From Candidatus Saccharimonadota bacterium (GTDB lineage Bacteria; Patescibacteriota; Saccharimonadia; Saccharimonadales; Saccharimonadaceae), in the NCBI GenBank assembly GCA_016866755.1, contig VGLK01000005.1, positions 10,272 to 74,271 of the forward strand: a stretch of DNA of 64,000 nt. The letters run 5' to 3'. Position 1 is the first letter of the stretch. Each line of letters begins with the position of its first letter. The notes under the pieces were generated by a model, which saw nothing but the letters and a program-made list of their open reading frames with translations, was not told the origin of the DNA and made no database searches. The position numbers and the translations under genes are program-made. This document shows, piece by piece, positions 37,139 through 45,286 of the stretch.

Positions 37139-37190
37139 AGGATATTATATTCCTATTTTTGTTGACATGCAAGTTAAATAGGAATATCCT
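37139..37190. promoter_or_regulatory. divergent control region: two AGGA..TCCT palindromic boxes bracketing a TTGACA-17-TATCCT promoter
   Basis: AGGATATTATATTCCT (37139-37154), TTGACA (37162-37167), AGGAATATCCT (37180-37190, overlapping the -10). Confidence 0.5.
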
Positions 37191-37286
37191 ATAAATGTAG
37201 CAGTTACTCAACACAAAAAGGATTGCTTAACTGACGGAGTGATGAGGTGTATCACTTTTAAAATCCTAACAGAAAGGGGATATGGT

Positions 37287-37535
37287 ATGACACAACGTGA
37301 TTATCACGTAACCCGGCGACCAGACGGTCAATGGCAATATAAACTTCCACATGCACAACGTGCATCGGGTATAGCAAGTACGCAGGCTAAAGCTGAAATA
37401 GCAGCTAAACAGTCGGCTCGTAATGGTGGTGCCGGTGGTGAAATTACAATTCACCGACCAAACGGTCAAATACGTGATCGCGACACAATTTCACCCGCAA
37501 ATGATCCTAATCCACCCAAAGATGCGAGGCATTGA
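37287..37535 (+). CDS. DUF2188-like small protein
   Basis: HVTRRPDGQWQYK...ASTQAKAEIAAKQSARNGG..ITIHRPNGQIRDRDT pattern; GGGGA upstream of ATG 37287. Confidence 0.6.
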   Translation: MTQRDYHVTRRPDGQWQYKLPHAQRASGIASTQAKAEIAAKQSARNGGAGGEITIHRPNGQIRDRDTISPANDPNPPKDARH

Positions 37536-37536
37536 T

Positions 37537-38463
37537 ATGGGTGGATTTGTTATTAGCAACAAGCGTCGCATCCGGTCTCTGGTAAGTAATTTGCCAGAGA
37601 CCCTGAAGGGCAAGAGTATTGTACTGGCGGTTGATTTGTCGTCAAACCTCGCAAAGGCGCGACGCATAGGTTTCAGCGAGAATCCGACAGTGGGCGACAC
37701 TCTGCTTCCAAATGTCATTGGTCCTGCAACGCGTCTCAATACCTATGGCCGTGACATTATCCGTCGCGACAAAGAGAAAGAGACGCTGTATCGTGAACAT
37801 GCTTGGACTCATCAAGAGTGGGCAGGACGGGGTGAAACACGGACCGTAACTACTTATGTATCGATTCCTTACAAGCGCTTCCCGCGCGATCATGTCGAAG
37901 GATTTGAGATTGAGTTGTCGATTCGTGAGAGCAATGGAAAATTGATTATTGCTACGCTAGACCCAATTACGTACGATGACAAAAGCGCAGCTTTACTGAC
38001 TGCAGCAATTAACGTATATCTTGAAGTATTTGGATATGTGGAACTTTTTGATCAAAAACTCAGTCCGATACCGAAGCCAATGACCGTACGTCGCCTGAAC
38101 TGGGATGTATTGCCTAAAGGTGAAAAAATTACCAAAGAGAAGCTGAAAAATATTCTGTCGAAGTCGAAGCGAATTCGACCCGTAGAATGGAATCGTCAAG
38201 AAAAAATCAGTAGTTATAACCCTACCGAAATCGCCATCGGTACCGCAGGGTTTTCAGGGTATATAATTTACGTATTTCCTGAAAAGAAACTGGCCGTGCT
38301 AGAGAGTCTAAAGTACGGCAATGCAAGTTACATACTCGATGACGGTAGGTGGGAGGATCTGTCAAAATTAACTAAGCAACAGTTGCTATCGGCAAAACTG
38401 GTAAAAGCCCGTGAAGTACATTATGGTGCATGGGGTACGCGCATCGATAGGATACTGAAGTAG
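37537..38463 (+). CDS. hypothetical protein (308 aa)
   Basis: ATG 1 nt after the upstream TGA; no recognisable motif. Confidence 0.6.
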   Translation: MGGFVISNKRRIRSLVSNLPETLKGKSIVLAVDLSSNLAKARRIGFSENPTVGDTLLPNVIGPATRLNTYGRDIIRRDKEKETLYREHAWTHQEWAGRGETRTVTTYVSIPYKRFPRDHVEGFEIELSIRESNGKLIIATLDPITYDDKSAALLTAAINVYLEVFGYVELFDQKLSPIPKPMTVRRLNWDVLPKGEKITKEKLKNILSKSKRIRPVEWNRQEKISSYNPTEIAIGTAGFSGYIIYVFPEKKLAVLESLKYGNASYILDDGRWEDLSKLTKQQLLSAKLVKAREVHYGAWGTRIDRILK

Positions 38464-38464
38464 C

Positions 38465-38968
38465 GTGAGTCGTCGCACGCCCTGGTTTGAACACGTTTTA
38501 AGCGAGTATTCGCGGAGTACTGTGGTTGCAGTCTCCGCGATACTTGCCGTATTGCTGATGCTGTCGCTGGTCCAATTCGTGAAGGGCGGCGCTTTTGTTT
38601 GGAATGATATTGCGCTAATAGATCAACCAGATATTCTTAGCAGGACGTTCTATAGCGCATTAACGTTTGTATCAATAGGGGCTATTCTTTACCAACTACA
38701 ATTCTATAGGTTCTTGTCGTGGATATTCGGCTCTGACCGTAGCAGCTACAAAGAAGCAAAGCGCATCATATGGGTTGGTCTGATATTAATCATGTATTGG
38801 TATATCGTGCCGGTTATCGTTGATTTGTTGAATTCTACCGTGTCATTCGCATACAATGTTTCACTACTTGTATTGTATTTGTCACCTGTTCTTTTTATAG
38901 GCGTGGCAGGCTTATTTATTGTAGCCACTGTTTACCGAGTAAAATTAAAGAATGTACAAACACCTTAA
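38465..38968 (+). CDS. polytopic membrane protein (4-5 TM)
   Basis: GTG start 1 nt after the upstream stop; hydrophobic spans. Confidence 0.55.
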   Translation: MSRRTPWFEHVLSEYSRSTVVAVSAILAVLLMLSLVQFVKGGAFVWNDIALIDQPDILSRTFYSALTFVSIGAILYQLQFYRFLSWIFGSDRSSYKEAKRIIWVGLILIMYWYIVPVIVDLLNSTVSFAYNVSLLVLYLSPVLFIGVAGLFIVATVYRVKLKNVQTP

Positions 38969-39584
38969 AGATCACCGGTACTATAAAGAACTTTATGATC
39001 GACTGACCGTTGAGTCTGCTCGTCGCGGTATGAGCCATTACGATACCTTTTACTCTGAATTCGAAAGTAAGCTTCCTGTAAGTGAGAAGGTCGACAAGCC
39101 CGGTAGTGCTTTCTTGCTGAATGTTTTCTATATGGAAACTGTTGGTAGCGAACTCCTTGATCGTTATGAAAACCGAGATAGTAAAATCCAGGAATGGATC
39201 AATAGGGATCGGGCAAAAGATGAACAGATATCGTCAGCACGACTAGCAGAAGAACCTTCGTGTCAACACTGTGACAAACAGGGGCTCCGGATTATCGACA
39301 AATCGCTGATGCATCGAGGTGATGCATATGAGATTGATGATCCCGAAGAGGTTCTCTTTATGTTGCGGTGTCCTCACTGCGACAAGAACAGCGCTTTTTG
39401 GGAAGATGGCAAGGAGCGTGTAGATTTCAGCTACAGACCTGCTGGTACTACTGTATTTTACGGTACTAAAGTTCGTGAGCAGCCAGACGTAGACCTGAAC
39501 GCTCTTTGTGCTCACACGCCAGCAAACTCAACCTTCCGTGCTGACTGCATAGAAAGATATAGGCGTCAGTATTATGGCAACTAA
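38952..39584 (+). CDS. hypothetical protein with CxxC...CxxC zinc ribbon
   Basis: CQHCDK ... CPHCDK; overlaps the upstream gene by 17 nt. Confidence 0.6.
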   Translation: MYKHLKDHRYYKELYDRLTVESARRGMSHYDTFYSEFESKLPVSEKVDKPGSAFLLNVFYMETVGSELLDRYENRDSKIQEWINRDRAKDEQISSARLAEEPSCQHCDKQGLRIIDKSLMHRGDAYEIDDPEEVLFMLRCPHCDKNSAFWEDGKERVDFSYRPAGTTVFYGTKVREQPDVDLNALCAHTPANSTFRADCIERYRRQYYGN

Positions 39585-39605
39585 ACTTATGATATATTTA
39601 TACTA

Positions 39606-40223
39606 ATGCCATTCCCTGCCACAACGAATGCCGACTACTTCACCTTTAATGTTCACAGCTCCCTTCTGCTTGTGGGGCAGACTGGCTCTGGCAAAACGGA
39701 GCTGGTGCAGCGATACATCAAACGACTAGAGCGAGCGTTTACGCCTGAGCAAATGCAGTATATTCTATATGACCTTAAGCAGGTTGGGATTGGCACCAAG
39801 GACGGAGGCGGTGCAAAAGCAGAATACCTTTATACACCGGTACGTACTGGTAAACCAGAATACGTGGATTACCTTGAAGAGCTAGCCGACCTAGCTCAAG
39901 CGAGAGCTGAGGGCAAGGAGCCAAAGGACAAGCTCCTATTTATCTATATCGAGGAGTGCGACCTCGCTGTCCAATATCCAGAGAGATTTCATGCTGCGGT
40001 AATGACAATAAACAAGTACGCTAGAATGGCTAATATGAAGCTAGTCTTCTCTACATCTAGCCCAAGGCGAGACGTCATCCCTCCAGATTTCCGCGATAGC
40101 TTCGAGCTAATACTGAGCGGGCCACTTGCAGGCAAGTTTGATGAAGAGACGCTAGGCGTATCCGACACACAGAGTATAATGTTTCCGTATGAATTTATAG
40201 TCAAAGAGGTCAAAGCAGGCTGA
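39606..40223 (+). CDS. minimal FtsK/SpoIIIE-like P-loop ATPase
   Basis: Walker A GQTGSGKT, Walker B LLFIYIEECD, then MKLVFSTSSPRRDVIPPDFRDSFELIL resembling the FtsK motor RAxGIHLIxATQRP..VI block; only 205 aa, no TM region. Confidence 0.6.
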   Translation: MPFPATTNADYFTFNVHSSLLLVGQTGSGKTELVQRYIKRLERAFTPEQMQYILYDLKQVGIGTKDGGGAKAEYLYTPVRTGKPEYVDYLEELADLAQARAEGKEPKDKLLFIYIEECDLAVQYPERFHAAVMTINKYARMANMKLVFSTSSPRRDVIPPDFRDSFELILSGPLAGKFDEETLGVSDTQSIMFPYEFIVKEVKAG

Positions 40224-40224
40224 T

Positions 40225-40857
40225 ATGGCATATATCACCGACCAACTTCGCTGGCAAGAAACAATGAACACCGTCACAGTAGACTGTTCGCTAGATATTG
40301 CTATACATCCTGCAGAGTCTGATACGGTGCTACTAATCATTCCTGGTGTAGACGGCTCAGTGAATGGCTATCAAGACAAGTACATACGCATAGCCGAGCA
40401 GGCACAAGACAGGTATGGTATAGCGGCTGTGCGTATTGCTAACCCATTCATCAGTTCATTCCACTGGGAGAGTAATCCTCGCCGCATACTGGACTACATA
40501 GCTAGTAACACTGACACTATCGCGGGAGGTGGTGAAGCAATTCGCATTAAGATAATGGCTCACTCTGCTGGGGCATCAATAATAACGAAGATAGCCCACG
40601 AGTACGACAATATAACCGACCTGCTGCTTGTTAATCCAGCCGAGAAGCTTGACGGTGATGCTATACGCAGCGGACTTAAGAAGACTGACGCCAAGGTAAC
40701 AGTAATATTTGGCGAGAAAGACCCCTCTGTGAGCTTCTCAGAGGCTCTACGAGGCGATGGACGCAGGGTTGTAGTACTTGAGGGTGCTGACCACAATTTC
40801 TCTGGTGAAAACCTACAAGCATTTATAGAACTACCCGAAAGGTACTTGCTATCATGA
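40225..40857 (+). CDS. alpha/beta hydrolase
   Basis: Nucleophile elbow MAHSAGAS; C-terminal EGADHNF His. Confidence 0.6.
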   Translation: MAYITDQLRWQETMNTVTVDCSLDIAIHPAESDTVLLIIPGVDGSVNGYQDKYIRIAEQAQDRYGIAAVRIANPFISSFHWESNPRRILDYIASNTDTIAGGGEAIRIKIMAHSAGASIITKIAHEYDNITDLLLVNPAEKLDGDAIRSGLKKTDAKVTVIFGEKDPSVSFSEALRGDGRRVVVLEGADHNFSGENLQAFIELPERYLLS

Positions 40858-41279
40858 ACATCTATCTAGACATCGACGGCGTACTACTTGCAAATGAGGA
40901 GAACTTGGCGATCGGTGCGGCTGAGTTTATCAAATACGCCGCAGATAATTTCGATGTATATTGGCTCACAACCCACTGCATGGATGGTACGACCGATCAC
41001 GCAATAGAATATCTGCAGCGCGGAAGCGATGAAGACTTGCGGCCATGGTTAGAAAAGTTTAAACCTGTCACGTGGAGCTTAAAAAAGACGGAAGCGATCG
41101 ATTTCACAAAACCATTTATGTGGTTCGATGACGATTGCTTTAGCGGTGAGAAGATTGATCTTCACGAGCACGGAGTGTTCAATTCATGGATTGAGGTTAA
41201 TCTAGCTAAATATCCAGATCAAATGGTGCATGAGCTAAAGTTGCTAAAGTCTATCGCCGAGGAAAAGGCCACAATATGA
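40854..41279 (+). CDS. HAD-superfamily phosphatase-like protein
   Basis: Motif I IYLDIDGVLL, motif IV-like WFDDD; ATGA coupling on both sides. Confidence 0.6.
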   Translation: MNIYLDIDGVLLANEENLAIGAAEFIKYAADNFDVYWLTTHCMDGTTDHAIEYLQRGSDEDLRPWLEKFKPVTWSLKKTEAIDFTKPFMWFDDDCFSGEKIDLHEHGVFNSWIEVNLAKYPDQMVHELKLLKSIAEEKATI

Positions 41280-42010
41280 GTACTATTGATGTTGAGTTTG
41301 ATTTTCAGCAAGAGGCTGGTTTTGATAGAGCCGGCGTCCAGCGAGATTCGGATAAATACAGTCCAACACTACAGGAGTATCATCGAATCCTGTGGAGTAA
41401 ACCGCTACCAAATAGAAAAATGTTCGAGCTAACAAAAATAAGCAATAACCGCCTGTACCATAAGTCAGAATTAGGTGAGTTCTATTTATCAAGCGATAGA
41501 GCAATCGCTACCTTTTCGTCATGGGTAAAAATGAAACCCATAATCGATCAGATTTCAGCGAAAGAGCTGGATGATTTTATTCGGCTTACTGACACTATTG
41601 GCGGTATTGTGATTTGGCCGAGCAATAAAATAAATGGCTCCCAGACTATCAATGCCGCCAGGGGCTTTAACCGGCAGATAGTTGATCGCCTAGATCTGAC
41701 TATTGAGTGTATCCGGCGCTTTTATTTAGGTGAAGCTAGCCCGCTATATGAAACCTTCGTGAGGTATAGTGACTTCTTTCAACTTTTCGATGATTTTAAG
41801 GGCTATATCGACTTCTTTTTGCTACAAGATTACGTGACAGAAGATTATATGAGCGTAAAAATAGCAAAGCCTTTCGACGACTTCCGCTCGACACCGATAC
41901 CGAAAACGGTCGACGAATACCTGTCGTATATGAATATGACGAGTGAGCTGATAAAGCTAAGGAATCAAAGAATTAAAAATAACTCAACTCAAGTAAAACA
42001 ACTATCGTAG
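41276..42010 (+). CDS. hypothetical protein (244 aa)
   Basis: ATGA-coupled last gene of the operon; no recognisable motif. Confidence 0.6.
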   Translation: MSTIDVEFDFQQEAGFDRAGVQRDSDKYSPTLQEYHRILWSKPLPNRKMFELTKISNNRLYHKSELGEFYLSSDRAIATFSSWVKMKPIIDQISAKELDDFIRLTDTIGGIVIWPSNKINGSQTINAARGFNRQIVDRLDLTIECIRRFYLGEASPLYETFVRYSDFFQLFDDFKGYIDFFLLQDYVTEDYMSVKIAKPFDDFRSTPIPKTVDEYLSYMNMTSELIKLRNQRIKNNSTQVKQLS

Positions 42011-42598
42011 CATTAATCTTGATAGTCTGAAGGTTCTTTTTTCATTTCTTAAATGACAGAACGCAACAAGATAAGCAATGCCATGCTCTTTTGTGAAGTG
42101 GGATGGCGTAATTTCACGATAGGTAACTTTTTCATTAATATCTGTATATGTTATCTTTATGCGTGATTTCATAGCTATAGCACGTTCGATAGATTGCACG
42201 GTAGAGCTAGGCGTAGCCCTGGATCCATAGTTGCTGTCATGGTTGAATGATTCGCCAAAAATTTTTCGGTTATCTTTTTTCTCGTGACAGTATTTACACA
42301 GCGTCTGCAAGTTTTCCAGATTATTCGTGCCGCCCTGCGATAGCTGAACAATATGATCAACCGTAAGGTTATCTTTTCTCCTACATGAACGACAAGTATA
42401 ACTGTCACGAGCGAGTACCGCTTTTCGGATACGATCCCAGCTACTTCCAGAGGCAATTCCTTTACCTTGAATCTCACTGTCCCACTCGTTTGTCTCTCGC
42501 GGTGTAGTAACCTTTGTGGAATGCGAAGAATCTTTAGACTTTTTGTCAAAAATTGAGGAAATTATTCCAATACCTACGAGTAACGCTAACCACTCCAT
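42002..42598 (-). CDS. membrane-anchored HNH endonuclease with C-terminal WYL-like domain
   Basis: N-terminal TM helix; CRSCRRKDNLTVDHIVQLSQGGTNNLENLQTLCKYCHEKK; IKITYTD...REITPSHF...IAYLVAFCHLRNEKRTFRLSRL. Confidence 0.75.
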   Translation of the reverse strand: MEWLALLVGIGIISSIFDKKSKDSSHSTKVTTPRETNEWDSEIQGKGIASGSSWDRIRKAVLARDSYTCRSCRRKDNLTVDHIVQLSQGGTNNLENLQTLCKYCHEKKDNRKIFGESFNHDSNYGSRATPSSTVQSIERAIAMKSRIKITYTDINEKVTYREITPSHFTKEHGIAYLVAFCHLRNEKRTFRLSRLMLR

Positions 42599-42608
42599 GT
42601 AGTGCTAA

Positions 42609-43079
42609 TTATACAACGGTCTCGTGGTTAAAGACTAACTTCGGATTATCCTTCCGTAATATCATGTACGGCCCATTCGGAATTCCTCGCCCAATTATCT
42701 TTCCTTCGTGAATCTGCTTGCGAATTGTTCGCACGCTTATATTCAGCTTCGATGCGAGAATCGTATCAGGAATAGATTTCTCGTGTCGATAATCGCCGCA
42801 TAAAGATCCGGGTATCTTCCGCTTATTGATTGCATTTTGGCAATTTGAGCATTTAAAGCCCCATTTATCGAACCAGCCAGGTGTATCATATACGGATTTG
42901 AAACATAGCCCACATTGGCGGCCTTCGCCGTCCATGGCAAACCCTTTGGGGGAATCTTTGAGTTTGGCAAAGCGTGCTTTTTCTTGTTGATCTATCTCAA
43001 TTAGTAAGCTAAAGTAATCAACTAATCTACGGCGCTCGTCATTCGTAAATTCACGTCCTAATTGCTCATTATCGTTCAT
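42609..43079 (-). CDS. zinc-ribbon plus excisionase-type HTH protein (candidate recombination directionality factor)
   Basis: CGLC...CSNC; LASKLNISVRTIRKQIHEGKI; ATG 43079 preferred over GTG 43130. Confidence 0.5.
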   Translation of the reverse strand: MNDNEQLGREFTNDERRRLVDYFSLLIEIDQQEKARFAKLKDSPKGFAMDGEGRQCGLCFKSVYDTPGWFDKWGFKCSNCQNAINKRKIPGSLCGDYRHEKSIPDTILASKLNISVRTIRKQIHEGKIIGRGIPNGPYMILRKDNPKLVFNHETVV

Positions 43080-43170
43080 AGCTACATCTTCTCGTGGTTC
43101 ATTATTGCTACGATCCAATTCTATACACACCGTGTCCGATTTGTAGCGTTCTAACCCTGTTGAAAGGTTC

Positions 43171-43255
43171 GTGACCTGTAAGCGGAGCCAAGAGTATATA
43201 TGTGACAGGAAGTCCAGTAAGCATTCACGCTACAGGACTTCTTTTCGTATTAGGT
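43171..43255 (+). repeat. R-family repeat copy R1 (core GTGACCTGTAAGCGGAGCCAAG plus degenerate hairpin)
   Basis: Matches R2-R5 cores; hairpin GAAGTCC/GGACTTC followed by a T-run. Confidence 0.8.
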
Positions 43256-43267
43256 ATAATAAGTTGT

Positions 43268-43816
43268 ATGACAAAACCTATGAATATCGCATCAATCGAA
43301 AAGGCGACAAATAAATCTTGGGATCAATGGGTAAGAGAACTCGATAAGAGTGGTGCACGAGAGTTGTCTCATGCCGACTTAGCGCACAAGCTCAATGACG
43401 AGCTTGAGGGTGAACTTGAAAGTCATGGATGGTGGGCGCAGGGTATTACAGTGGCGTATGAGCAGCATATAGGTAAGCGCGTCCCAGGTCAGTTAGCCAA
43501 TGGACTATTTGAACTAGCTGTATCGAAAACAGCGGCGACTTCACGTAATACATTATTTCCACAACTTGTTGAATGGTTTGAAAATCAAAGTGAATTCAAT
43601 GGATCCGCGCCCTTGAAGTCCCGTAGCAGTGAGACTCCCAAGCGCAGCACATGGAGGTGTGACTTTGCTGACGGAAGTAAATTCTCATCAACTGTTGAGG
43701 AAAATAAAGAAAAATCTAAACTTATTCTTTCACACACCGCTGTTCCTACTAAACAAGAAGCCGATGATTGGAAGGATTTTTGGCGCAATACTGCTGAGCA
43801 ATTGATTAAACAATAG
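43268..43816 (+). CDS. DUF4287-like protein
   Basis: IEKATNKSWDQWV...GWWAQGITVAYEQHIGKR; ATG 43268 preferred because GTG 43202 lies inside repeat R1. Confidence 0.5.
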   Translation: MTKPMNIASIEKATNKSWDQWVRELDKSGARELSHADLAHKLNDELEGELESHGWWAQGITVAYEQHIGKRVPGQLANGLFELAVSKTAATSRNTLFPQLVEWFENQSEFNGSAPLKSRSSETPKRSTWRCDFADGSKFSSTVEENKEKSKLILSHTAVPTKQEADDWKDFWRNTAEQLIKQ

Positions 43817-43818
43817 TC

Positions 43819-43889
43819 TTTGATCTGTAAGCGGAGCCAAGACAAGATATTTGAACAGAAGTCCAGTAAGTATACACGCTGGACTTTTT
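43819..43889 (+). repeat. R-family repeat copy R2 with terminator hairpin (43859-43889)
   Basis: TGATCTGTAAGCGGAGCCAAGACAAGATATTTGAACAGAAGTCCAG..CTGGACTTTTT. Confidence 0.85.
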
Positions 43890-43905
43890 GATATAATAAT
43901 CAGTA

Positions 43906-44295
43906 ATGAAAACTAATATTCCCGTCAATTGTGGCAACTCGCCTCGTTCACTTCTTGCGATAGAAATTGCAGTCAATCTGGCTTCTAATAAATACGATAA
44001 ACTCGAACCTCTGCTGGCTGAATATTTTACATGGTGCATTGCAGGTAGTAATGAAAAAGTACCGAAATCAAAACTAAAATCATATATGGATAAGGTGACT
44101 CAATCAAAAATTCACATAGATAAGTATGATATTTTAACTTCAATTTCACATGGCAAATACGCAGCGGTAAGTAGTTGCGCGTATGCGTCGAATGGGTATA
44201 TATTCAATTCTCATGACTTGTATGAATTTACAGGTGCTGGTGCCTCGGCAAAGCTTCTTAAAGTAACGTCATACATAGTTGGTAGTAAACACTAG
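43906..44295 (+). CDS. hypothetical protein (129 aa)
   Basis: ORF bounded by R2 and R3; a decayed paralogue lies at 47204-47494. Confidence 0.6.
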   Translation: MKTNIPVNCGNSPRSLLAIEIAVNLASNKYDKLEPLLAEYFTWCIAGSNEKVPKSKLKSYMDKVTQSKIHIDKYDILTSISHGKYAAVSSCAYASNGYIFNSHDLYEFTGAGASAKLLKVTSYIVGSKH

Positions 44296-44368
44296 TCCGT
44301 GACCTGTAAGCGGAGCCAAGACAAGATATTTGAGCAGAAGTCCAGTAAGTATTTACGCTGGACTTTTT
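44296..44368 (+). repeat. R-family repeat copy R3 with terminator hairpin (44338-44368)
   Basis: TCCGTGACCTGTAAGCGGAGCCAAGACAAGATATTTGAGCAGAAGTCCAG..CTGGACTTTTT. Confidence 0.85.
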
Positions 44369-44419
44369 GTTATAACAGAAATAAATAACTGACCATAAAA
44401 CAACTGTGGAGAATCTATC

Positions 44420-44791
44420 GTGAATATGAAATTAGAACTCATCCCCGTTCCTGTAACCGATGCTGATCGAGCTAAGGCATTCTATGTTGACCAAGTTAGT
44501 TTTGTGGCTGATCACGATATTCCTGTTAGTGACGGGTTGCGGTTTATACAGCTCACCCCACCAGGCTCAGCTTGCTCAATAGTACTTGGTGAAGGCATTA
44601 GTGAAATGGCACCTGGGTCGCAAAAAGGCTTACAGATGGTTGTAGATAGCGCTCAAGAAGCGCACGATGAGCTTAAGCAACGTGGTGTTGAAGTTAGTGA
44701 TTTAGATGTTCAAGAATGGGGCACTTTTGTATACTTTAGCGACCCAGACGGGAATACCTGGGCTTTGCAGCAAATGCCAGATAAGAATTAG
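44420..44791 (+). CDS. glyoxalase/bleomycin-resistance (VOC) family protein
   Basis: 123 aa; LIPVPVTDADRAKAFY ... FSDPDGNTWALQQ. Confidence 0.75.
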   Translation: MNMKLELIPVPVTDADRAKAFYVDQVSFVADHDIPVSDGLRFIQLTPPGSACSIVLGEGISEMAPGSQKGLQMVVDSAQEAHDELKQRGVEVSDLDVQEWGTFVYFSDPDGNTWALQQMPDKN

Positions 44792-44809
44792 TAGTTATCA
44801 ATTAATAAC

Positions 44810-44866
44810 TCCGTGACCTGTAAGCGGAGCCAAGGAAAAAGATTCACAATTTAGTGGATCTTTTTC
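44810..44866 (+). repeat. R-family repeat copy R4 (core plus a different hairpin)
   Basis: TCCGTGACCTGTAAGCGGAGCCAAG, then GAAAAAGATTCAC/GTGGATCTTTTTC. Confidence 0.8.
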
Positions 44867-45286
44867 TATTGCGTGTTGACCGCTATTTCGTAGCAATGTA
44901 TATGAAAAAGGTTATGATCGTAGCTAGAGAAGCTGTTACGGAAATCATAGTTTTAGAAGAACTGAATATTGCATAAATGGGTGAACCTACTTTGGTGCTG
45001 TATGTTTTATTAGCATATTTTTGTTGATAAAATAATGTTATCCCAGCCATCTTGTGTCATGTCTGCGAAGAACAGCGGTCGAAAACCAAGCCTTAAGTGT
45101 GCTGACGGGAATCAGCCACCATAGAAGATTCCACCCGCCACCAAATAATACAATTACTAAAGCTGGTATTAATAAAATATAACTAAGTAGATTAAATAGC
45201 CAATATCTTTTCAAGAATACAACGAAATGTGGAGCATTGATGAAAAACCCACACTGAGGTGGGTATTTCGTAAACTTGCATGTTAT

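Larger units (their letters stand above)
26811..43192. mobile_element. about 16.4 kb integrative element with large serine recombinase, R-M cargo, ImmA/XRE switch and an Xis-like gene
   Basis: Direct repeat CGGAGCCAAG at 26829-26838 and 43183-43192. Recombinase sits near the left end and a zinc-ribbon plus excisionase-type HTH gene at the right end. Inserted next to tRNA-Asn. Confidence 0.6.

Noticed and set aside
39606-40223. Calling the element a conjugative ICE on the basis of the FtsK-like ATPase
   Set aside because: The protein is only 205 aa, with no TM or DNA-binding gamma domain, and no relaxase, VirB4 or Rep was recognised. This is kept as a hypothesis in the findings, not as an annotation.
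43165-43192. R-family core as a genuine tRNA 3' half or a missed tRNA gene
   Set aside because: Upstream sequence cannot be folded into D and anticodon arms. The would-be T-loop (TTCGTGA) lacks the conserved A58. R3 and R4 do not keep the GGTTCG. At most it is an att-type remnant.
43202-43267. GTG start giving a 204-aa form of the DUF4287-like protein
   Set aside because: The extension would be translated from repeat R1 and its hairpin. The ATG at 43268 gives a sensible N-terminus.
45038-45214. 58-codon TTG-initiated minus-strand ORF encoding a two-TM peptide (KRYWLFNLLSYILLIPALVIVLFGGGWNLLWWLIPV...)
   Set aside because: It is below the ORF threshold, has only a TTG start, and no SD was seen. 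It may be real, as a small membrane protein downstream of the CWB2 gene, but this cannot be supported from sequence alone.
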